From Thermodesulfobacteriota bacterium (GTDB taxonomy: Bacteria; Desulfobacterota; Binatia; Bin18), in NCBI GenBank assembly GCA_964291405.2, contig OZ219926.1:4224001-4288000 (forward strand): a stretch of DNA of 64,000 bases. The letters are read 5' to 3'. Position 1 is the stretch's first letter. Every line of letters begins with the position of its first letter. The position numbers and the translations under genes were made by a program. Below the pieces are notes generated by a model that was not told the origin of the DNA, ran no database searches, and saw only the letters and a program-made list of their open reading frames with translations. This document shows, piece after piece, positions 57,364-64,000 of this stretch.

Positions 57364-57372
57364 ACCGTACAG

Positions 57373-57415
57373 GAGGCAGAGCAACGCCGTCTCAGCCATC
57401 GCGTTGCTCTGCCTC
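57373..57415. terminator. hairpin terminator between convergent genes
   Basis: GAGGCAGAGCAACGC...GCGTTGCTCTGCCTC 15-bp stem. Confidence 0.8.
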
Positions 57416-57430
57416 TATTGTCTTTTCTGC

Positions 57431-58324
57431 TTAGTCCTCTTGTTTTACCTCAACTCCAGCGAGTTGTTCCAAGACCTTGACTAATGCTTGTGTTCCCTCG
57501 TCTCCAGCCCCCTGGCTTTCAAGGGCATGAAAGAGCTGGTGGACGAGGCTGGTGGCGGGCAGGGACAGCTTCAGCCGGTCGGCCTCTTGCAGCACGAGCC
57601 GCAGGTCTTTTTGTTGGAGCTTGATCATAAAACCAGGGGCAAAGTCCCGCTCCAGAACACGGGGGGCGAGGTTCGAGAGTTGCCAGGAACCCGCGGCTCC
57701 GCCCTGAATGGCGTGTTGCATTTTCTTCAGGTCCAGCCCGGCTTTCGCTCCAAAAATCAAGGCTTCGCTCATCGCCAGATTCGTCACCGCTACCGCGATC
57801 TGGTTGCATAATTTGGTGAGCTGGCCAGCCCCGCTCTGACCGACATGAACGATGTTTTTCCCCAGGGTTTCGAAGATGGGCAAGCATTGATTAAAGACGG
57901 CCTCCTCTCCCCCAACCATGATAGAGAGCGTGCCCGCAATGGCTCCTCCCTCTCCACCGCTGACCGGGGCGTCAAGCATGGACGCGCCTTTTTCTTGAAT
58001 CATGCTCGCTATTTCCCGAGTTGCTGTGGGAGAGATCGTACTCATGTCAATAACGACATTGTCTTGCGTAATGGTGTGTACGACGCCGTTTTCCCCGAGG
58101 AGCACCTGCTGAACATCGGGAGTGTCCGTGACGATGGTGACAATGATATCCGCATTTGCTGCCACTGCTTGGGGTGATGCTGCAGCTGCGGCTCCTGCCG
58201 CGACCAATTCTTCAACCGGGCTGTCGCTCCGATTATAAATGGTCAACGGGTAGCCTGCCTTGAGGAGATTCCGAGCCATGGGTTTGCCCATAATTCCCAG
58301 TCCGATGAAGCCAATCCGTTCCAT
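57431..58324 (-). CDS. garR: 2-hydroxy-3-oxopropionate reductase / beta-hydroxyacid dehydrogenase
   Basis: GFIGLGIMG, DAPVSGG, TKLCNQ, FAPGF.....KDL. Confidence 0.8.
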   Translation of the reverse strand: MERIGFIGLGIMGKPMARNLLKAGYPLTIYNRSDSPVEELVAAGAAAAASPQAVAANADIIVTIVTDTPDVQQVLLGENGVVHTITQDNVVIDMSTISPTATREIASMIQEKGASMLDAPVSGGEGGAIAGTLSIMVGGEEAVFNQCLPIFETLGKNIVHVGQSGAGQLTKLCNQIAVAVTNLAMSEALIFGAKAGLDLKKMQHAIQGGAAGSWQLSNLAPRVLERDFAPGFMIKLQQKDLRLVLQEADRLKLSLPATSLVHQLFHALESQGAGDEGTQALVKVLEQLAGVEVKQED

Positions 58325-58473
58325 ATCGTGTCTCCTCTTTTCTCTGTACGGCCTGTTTACGGCAGGATTCCTTGAAAAATCGAGCGACAACCGGTGTGAA
58401 GCATACACAAAAAAAGGACACTCACTTCAGAGTATCCTTTTTCCTGCGTGTCGAGTGCGTCGGCACGCCAGTC

Positions 58474-59088
58474 TTACGAAACGTCCTGTGTTTCCTCAAC
58501 GTCGTCCAGCTCATCAATCAATTCCTCATCGTTGTCGGCCACAGGCGTCTTAGCTTGTGAGACAGCGGCCCGTTTTGTGCGACCGCGTATCGGCATCCGA
58601 TTGCGGACTTCACGCCAGTGAAAACTACTCGGCGGACTCTGGAGACGTTCAAAGCTTGCCAGCAGCAGATCCTTGTTATCCGCCCGCCCAAAGCAATGAT
58701 CACCAATCCACATTTCCCAGCCGGGGCGGATGCTTCCATCCGGTCCGATCAGGTCCCGCTTCACAAAGACCGGAGGCGTTGCGGCAGGCGACGATTCCTC
58801 TTCGAGTTCCTGCTCGGACGCTTGGGGAGGGGAAACCGGAGGGGTGACGGGCTCTGGCGGAGGAAGGGGGGGAGACTCCGTTTTCACTTCGGCTGCCTCC
58901 GGAGGGACTACCTCGGCAACTACTTTGGTGGGCGTTGTTTTCTTGGCTACTGTCTTGCTCTTTTTTGCGACTGTTTTTTTCTTGGCCGCAGTTCTGATCG
59001 ACTTTTTCACTGGTTTTTTTGCAGATTTCGCCGTCGTCGTACTTTTCGTCTTTTTCTTGGCAGGCTTTTCAGACGGGCGGCTCTTCAT
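58474..59088 (-). CDS. hypothetical protein with a histone-H1-like Lys-rich N-terminus
   Basis: KKKTKSTTTAKSAKKPVKK.., Pro/Glu linker, small globular segment, acidic tail; GAGGAG RBS. Confidence 0.7.
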   Translation of the reverse strand: MKSRPSEKPAKKKTKSTTTAKSAKKPVKKSIRTAAKKKTVAKKSKTVAKKTTPTKVVAEVVPPEAAEVKTESPPLPPPEPVTPPVSPPQASEQELEEESSPAATPPVFVKRDLIGPDGSIRPGWEMWIGDHCFGRADNKDLLLASFERLQSPPSSFHWREVRNRMPIRGRTKRAAVSQAKTPVADNDEELIDELDDVEETQDVS

Positions 59089-59210
59089 GGTGGGCTCCTC
59101 TCGGCTGCCGGTCCAGGGTTCCATTTTCCCTGGAAAAATTCAATCCCCTCCCTGCCCGGAGCCCAGTATTAGAGCGGTTTTTCTCGACCGGCGGGGATGA
59201 CGCACGGGGG

Positions 59211-59708
59211 TTATTCCAGTCGATGGGAGGGAGCTGCTCTGACGTAGGTGCCGCTTTTTCCACCGCTTTTGTGTTTGAGGCTGATGTCTGAGATGACCAT
59301 GTCCTTTTCCACGGCCTTACACATGTCATAGATAGTCAGCGCAGTAACGGAAACCGCAGTCAGGGCTTCCATTTCCACTCCTGTCTGTCCATTAACTTTG
59401 ACTCGCGCCTCAATGTCAATGTGGCCTTTTTCTTCGTCCGGCGTACATTCAACATGCACCGAGGAGATGAGCAGCGGGTGGCACAGCGGGATGAGTTCCG
59501 GCGTTTTCTTGGCCGCCATGATACCGGCGACACGCGCGACCGCGAGCGTATCGCCTTTGGGCATCTGGCCGGTGGTAATGAGTCGAAGCGTCTCCGGGCG
59601 CATATGGATCGTCCCGGTTGCGATGGCCTCCCGCTCAGTCGCGGATTTCGCTCCCACATCAACCATCCGGGCCCGCCCCTGGAAGTCCGTATGACTCAGT
59701 TTTTTCAT
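59211..59708 (-). CDS. moaC: cyclic pyranopterin monophosphate synthase MoaC
   Basis: [32 protein letters not shown]. Confidence 0.96.
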   Translation of the reverse strand: MKKLSHTDFQGRARMVDVGAKSATEREAIATGTIHMRPETLRLITTGQMPKGDTLAVARVAGIMAAKKTPELIPLCHPLLISSVHVECTPDEEKGHIDIEARVKVNGQTGVEMEALTAVSVTALTIYDMCKAVEKDMVISDISLKHKSGGKSGTYVRAAPSHRLE

Positions 59709-59716
59709 GCTGGTGC

Positions 59717-61024
59717 CTACACGAATCGAAGTATCCGGTCTGCCCGGAGCAGTTTGGCCTGAATCGGAATCTGATGTGGACACGCGCTTTCGCACGGGGC
59801 ACGACAGTCGATACACTGGGAAGCGTTCCGGGCGAGTGGAAGCTGGGCATATTCTTCCATACCCACCCGCTGCTGGCCGTAGTTTTCATAATACATGGTG
59901 TAGCGCAGGACATCATCGATCGGAACATCGGACGGACAGGAAGACAAGCACTCACCACAGCCCGGCGGACAATAGTCGTTCGCAACAAGCCGGTCGTATT
60001 TTTCGAGCAATGTCAGGTCGGTCTGCTGAAACGGTTGCCCGGAGGCATGCAGGTATTCGTCGATGTGGTGGAAGGAGCCGATCGTGACCACCAGCCCGCT
60101 CACGTCAGGATTGGACAATACCCACTTAAAGGCGGCCTGGGAGAACGATTCCCGTTCGGTTGGGGTAAAATCCGACAACGCGCTATGGCGTGCCCCCTTG
60201 AGGGTCTTCATGGCCACCACGCCGACCCCCTTCCGCTTGGCATCGTGGAAAATATTTGTCAGCTCGGGCCAGTTGCGAAAATTATAGGCGACCATGATGA
60301 CATCAAAACGGTCGCTGTCCACCGCGTGGCGCATGACCGATTCGAGCCGCGGGGTATGGGACGAGACGCCGAGAAAACGGAGTTTCCCCTGCTCTTTGAG
60401 GCGGTCAAAGGCTTCGTGGATATTCGGGTTCATGAGCCGCTCGATGGAATTGCAGGCATGAATATGGGCCAGATCAAGATAGTCGGTGCCGATTCTCTGT
60501 AGACTGGCTTCAACCGCAGCCATGACATCTTTGACCGGGGTCGTATCGCTCAAATGGCCCCGTGTCGTGCAAAACTTGGAGACGATAAAGAGTTTGTCGC
60601 GCTGATAGCCTTGAATGCCTTGGCCTAATGTTTTTTCCGACCCGGCCCGCGAATAATCCGGAGACGTATCAAAATAATTGATACCCCGGTCAATGGCCCG
60701 CCGCACGACATCCGCGTTGTCGAGCCCTGAGCAGCCGAACGAGATATCTGACATTTCCATTCCCGTCCTGCCCAATGGCCGATAGCTGCGAATGCGAGCC
60801 TGCTGCCAGTCCGGGCTTTTTTCCTCTGCTTCGGTTTCAGGCTGACTCAACAGAAACAGTTGGGTTTTATATTCACAGCCGGCTGCTAGAGCCGCACCGC
60901 CGCCGACCGCGCCCAGCGCGGCATTTCTTAGAAACGTGCGCCGACTTGTCGGCGTTCTGACCTGCTCATCTTTCTGCTCATCCGGCTGGGGAGAGGCATG
61001 AGCCTGGGGCTGTTGCTTGCGCAT
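59717..61024 (-). CDS. aldo/keto reductase with Tat signal and C-terminal 4Fe-4S dicluster
   Basis: SRRTFL, LGRTG, FDTSPDY; CxxxCxxCxxxCP and CxxCxxxCxxxCP. Confidence 0.88.
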   Translation of the reverse strand: MRKQQPQAHASPQPDEQKDEQVRTPTSRRTFLRNAALGAVGGGAALAAGCEYKTQLFLLSQPETEAEEKSPDWQQARIRSYRPLGRTGMEMSDISFGCSGLDNADVVRRAIDRGINYFDTSPDYSRAGSEKTLGQGIQGYQRDKLFIVSKFCTTRGHLSDTTPVKDVMAAVEASLQRIGTDYLDLAHIHACNSIERLMNPNIHEAFDRLKEQGKLRFLGVSSHTPRLESVMRHAVDSDRFDVIMVAYNFRNWPELTNIFHDAKRKGVGVVAMKTLKGARHSALSDFTPTERESFSQAAFKWVLSNPDVSGLVVTIGSFHHIDEYLHASGQPFQQTDLTLLEKYDRLVANDYCPPGCGECLSSCPSDVPIDDVLRYTMYYENYGQQRVGMEEYAQLPLARNASQCIDCRAPCESACPHQIPIQAKLLRADRILRFV

Positions 61025-61104
61025 GGCTGACGGTCTCCTTTTTTCGTGTGGTTATGGACAGGCGTCGCAGGATCGCCTGGACCCGGACAAAAGCACACCC
61101 GGAT

Positions 61105-61683
61105 TCAGGCCAGCTCCACCCGATGAATCGTTCCTTCTCTCGTCTGGGTATCAAATAGCGCATAAGCTCCCCGCCGGTCCCGGTCTCGTGGCTGCGAACA
61201 CGAGCCCGGGTTAATGACCACCACGTCGCCCGCCTGGTGGACCAACGGAACATGGGTGTGCCCAAAGCAGACCATATCATAGGGCAGGGTGGCGAACTCG
61301 TCCAAGCGCTTGCTGCCCGGATAAATATATTCCTCATAGGGTTCCCACGGACTGGCGTGGATCATGAGAATTTGCAGGCCGTCGCACGCAAACTCCTGGC
61401 TGAGTGGGGCGTTTGCCAGAAAGGCGAGCGATGCTGCCGGAAATTTCTCCTGACATTTTTTCAGGTAGGCGGGGTTACGGCCACCAAAAAGAACAACCTC
61501 GTGATTGCCCTGAATGCAGTGCACGCCCGCCGCTTGCAGAAGAGAGACCGTGTCCGGGCAGAAACGGTATTCACTCACCGCATCTCCGGGACATAATAAT
61601 AAGTCAGTCGCAGGCATGTCGTTGAGCACGCGTTGGAGGGCCGGTGCGTCGGCGTGGATATCGGAAACAATGCCAATTTTCAT
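61105..61683 (-). CDS. YfcE-like metallophosphoesterase
   Basis: SDIH, GD, GNHE, GHTH, INPGS. Confidence 0.9.
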   Translation of the reverse strand: MKIGIVSDIHADAPALQRVLNDMPATDLLLCPGDAVSEYRFCPDTVSLLQAAGVHCIQGNHEVVLFGGRNPAYLKKCQEKFPAASLAFLANAPLSQEFACDGLQILMIHASPWEPYEEYIYPGSKRLDEFATLPYDMVCFGHTHVPLVHQAGDVVVINPGSCSQPRDRDRRGAYALFDTQTREGTIHRVELA

Positions 61684-61715
61684 ATTGCAGTCTGTTGGGT
61701 CGTTGAGTCACAAGG

Positions 61716-61805
61716 AACCCACCCCGGCCTTCGGCCACCCCTCCCAAGAGGGGATGTGTTCCGCTCCCCTCCCTGGAGGGGTGCCGCGTAGCGGCGGGGT
61801 GGGTT
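61716..61805. repeat. inverted pair of REP-like elements
   Basis: AACCCACCCCG...CGGGGTGGGTT termini with internal CCCCTCCC/GAGGGG hairpins. Confidence 0.78.
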
Positions 61806-61897
61806 GGCCCCTATGAGATACTATTTCGCAGTCTCGTTGAGTCAATGTGTATTGTGTGCTCGGCGCTCATGCAAGAGGGACGATAGAATACTGTCCG

Positions 61898-62440
61898 CTA
61901 TTCGACGCTTTGTTCAACAAGGTGCTCACCGGCCAGCAGCAGTCCGTCGAGTGTCACGTCCAGACCACACGTCTGTGCCAGGACCGTCAGCAGGAGGTCG
62001 CTGACAACCCGTTCTTCCCCCTGTCGGTCTCGTGCACCCTTGGTCAGCGTGCACGAGTAGACACGGGTTTCCGCTGCGCTACTGGCACCGATGTGCGCGC
62101 GATGTGCTCCCTTTTTGAGGCGGTCCGTCGCCAGCGTAGCGGTACAGGAGACACCAACTAGAGGGTCCTCCGCAGCGTGCAGGACAACCGCCCGTTTATA
62201 GGCCGCCCGTGCCAGGGCCGCCGCGGTTTCCACGCTCACGGCCTGGTGTGGGCTGGCTCCCATAAATTCGACGAGCGCCGCTTCACTATAGGGAACGGCC
62301 ACTTCAAGTACGGTCCGTGAGGCACCCGGAACAGCCAGCAAATCCGCGATTGCCTGAATTCCACCACCCGTCACCACAAGCATGGCCCTGAGAGAGCTAG
62401 CATGAATCTGGGCGATGCTTCTGGTGCGGACAGATGCCAT
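61898..62440 (-). CDS. CinA-like domain protein
   Basis: VTGGG, LLAVPGASRTVLE..VPYS, AVS..TA..LA. Confidence 0.75.
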   Translation of the reverse strand: MASVRTRSIAQIHASSLRAMLVVTGGGIQAIADLLAVPGASRTVLEVAVPYSEAALVEFMGASPHQAVSVETAAALARAAYKRAVVLHAAEDPLVGVSCTATLATDRLKKGAHRAHIGASSAAETRVYSCTLTKGARDRQGEERVVSDLLLTVLAQTCGLDVTLDGLLLAGEHLVEQSVE

Positions 62441-62442
62441 GC

Positions 62443-63309
62443 CTAGGCTTCTATTATGGCCCGCGCCTCGTCCGGCGTCGCCACCTCGTGTCCCATAGCG
62501 GTAATAGTTGCCACGGCGCGCTCGACGAGTTGTGGGTTTGTTGGCTGCCCTTCTTGCGCATAATGGTGGTCTTCCAGACCCAGCCGGACATGGCCACCCA
62601 GGCTGACGATCTGCGGGATAAACGGGAGATTATCTCCGCCGAGCGTGGCCGCAAACCAATTGCAGCGCACGCCGTGGAGCATGTCCAAATAGGCTTCCAG
62701 GCTCTTGAGGGAAGGGGGCAGGCCAAACGGTAGCTCCGGTCCGCCAAAATAAAACTTGAGCAACAAGGGCTCGGTCAGCAAGCCCTGGTCAAGAAAGACC
62801 AGCACCGCCCGCAGAAAGCTGGGATCAAAAATCTGGAGGGTGGGTCTCACCCCACACTCCCGCGACTGTTCCAGAAAATACCGATTGGCATCATGCGAAT
62901 TCTGATAGATGAAATTTCCACCCGAGAGCGTTTTGGTGCGCGCGTCATACGAAACCAGGTTGACTGAGCCGGGGTCAGCCCAGCCCAGGTCCGGTTTTGT
63001 GGCCGGGTCTTTGGCGAGTTCCAGAAAATGGGCAAACCGTTCAACCGGGTCGTCGCCGAACGGAAACGTGGGCCAGAGAATGGGATTGCACTGTTCGCGC
63101 GTCCGCCGGAACACCTCGCTATAATACCCGACGTCCTGCACCCATTCGCCCGTGTCCGGCTCCCTGACATGAAAATGAACCGCCGCCGCCCCGGCCTGAC
63201 AGGTCGCGATGGCATCGTTGGCGATATCTTCCGGACTGTAGGCAATATGGGGATTCCGGGCTTTATCGGAATTGCCGTTAATGGCTGCCTCAATCATGAT
63301 CTTGGCCAT
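62443..63309 (-). CDS. 3-keto-5-aminohexanoate cleavage enzyme family (BKACE)
   Basis: AAING, GAAAVHFHVR, GGHVRLGLED, TNPQLV, VATPDEAR. Confidence 0.92.
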   Translation of the reverse strand: MAKIMIEAAINGNSDKARNPHIAYSPEDIANDAIATCQAGAAAVHFHVREPDTGEWVQDVGYYSEVFRRTREQCNPILWPTFPFGDDPVERFAHFLELAKDPATKPDLGWADPGSVNLVSYDARTKTLSGGNFIYQNSHDANRYFLEQSRECGVRPTLQIFDPSFLRAVLVFLDQGLLTEPLLLKFYFGGPELPFGLPPSLKSLEAYLDMLHGVRCNWFAATLGGDNLPFIPQIVSLGGHVRLGLEDHHYAQEGQPTNPQLVERAVATITAMGHEVATPDEARAIIEA

Positions 63310-63333
63310 AGTTCCTCCTTTGGATCGTCTAAT

Positions 63334-64000
63334 TCACACCTGATGGTCTGAGAGCCGCACCCGTACCCCACGCTCGTCCAGGAAACGCTTGCACTCCTGA
63401 ATGGAATGCTCTTGGTAATGGAAGATCGAGGCAGCCAGCGCGGCGTCAGCCTTACCGGCGGTGAGACCCTCATAAATATGCTGCAAATTCCCAACGCCGC
63501 CCGAAGCAATGACCGGAATCGTCACCGCTTCTGCGATCGCGCAGGTGAGCTCGATGTCATAGCCAGCTTTAGTGCCGTCCCGGTCCATACTGGTCAACAG
63601 GAGTTCGCCCGAGCCATACGCTTCCATGCGTTGCGCCCATTCGACGGCGTCAATGCCGGTCGGAGTGCGGCCGCCATGAATAAAGACCTCCCAACCGGAC
63701 GGCTCGGAGGTCGCCCTCCGTTTGGCATCAATCGCCACTACGATGCACTGGCTCCCAAAGCGTTCGGCCGCTTCTTTGACAAACTCGGGCCGATTGACTG
63801 CCGCGGTGTTGATGGAGACCTTATCTGCACCGGCATTAAGCAGGTTGCGAATATCCTGGTTCTCCCGCACCCCGCCGCCAACGGTCAGCGGCATGAAAAC
63901 GGTTTCCGCCGTTTTTCGGACCACATCGAGAATAATCCGCCGCCGCTCGTGCGAGGCCGTAATATCGAGAAAAGTCAGCTCGTCCGCCCCCTCTGCGTCA
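63334..64000 (-). CDS. hisF: imidazole glycerol phosphate synthase cyclase subunit (5' end outside the window)
   Basis: [46 protein letters not shown]. Confidence 0.97.
   Translation of the reverse strand, partial: DAEGADELTFLDITASHERRRIILDVVRKTAETVFMPLTVGGGVRENQDIRNLLNAGADKVSINTAAVNRPEFVKEAAERFGSQCIVVAIDAKRRATSEPSGWEVFIHGGRTPTGIDAVEWAQRMEAYGSGELLLTSMDRDGTKAGYDIELTCAIAEAVTIPVIASGGVGNLQHIYEGLTAGKADAALAASIFHYQEHSIQECKRFLDERGVRVRLSDHQV

Overview
Bacterial chromosomal window of moderately high GC, dense in catabolic and redox enzymes: six luciferase-like (LLM) oxidoreductases, four SnoaL/NTF2 proteins, SDRs, hydrolases and hydantoinase/oxoprolinase subunits. Housekeeping genes include bioF-bioA-bioD-bioB, moaC, hisF (partial), rfbD and a CbpA/DnaJ protein. 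No rRNA, tRNA, CRISPR array or transposase was found. Three regions stand out. (1) At 22.0-28.5 kb is a putative lipid-inclusion regulon: an Rv0474-like XRE regulator, two phasin-like helical proteins, a Crp/Fnr regulator with a CooA-type 'RQ' helix, a lipase, a GNAT and a WS/DGAT with a degenerate catalytic motif. Two repeated cis-motifs visible in the DNA tie these genes together: TGTCA-N6-TGACA boxes and a duplicated GCTTGCAA..GTTAGCA promoter/operator. (2) At 10.1-12.6 kb is a head-to-tail array of four TetR paralogs with identical recognition helices and diversified ligand domains, facing a dead cytochrome P450. (3) At 42.3-46.1 kb is a decaying toxin-antitoxin and repeat hotspot with a possibly structured leader RNA and nested REP-like elements. 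All product calls come from motif recognition by eye; no database searches were run.
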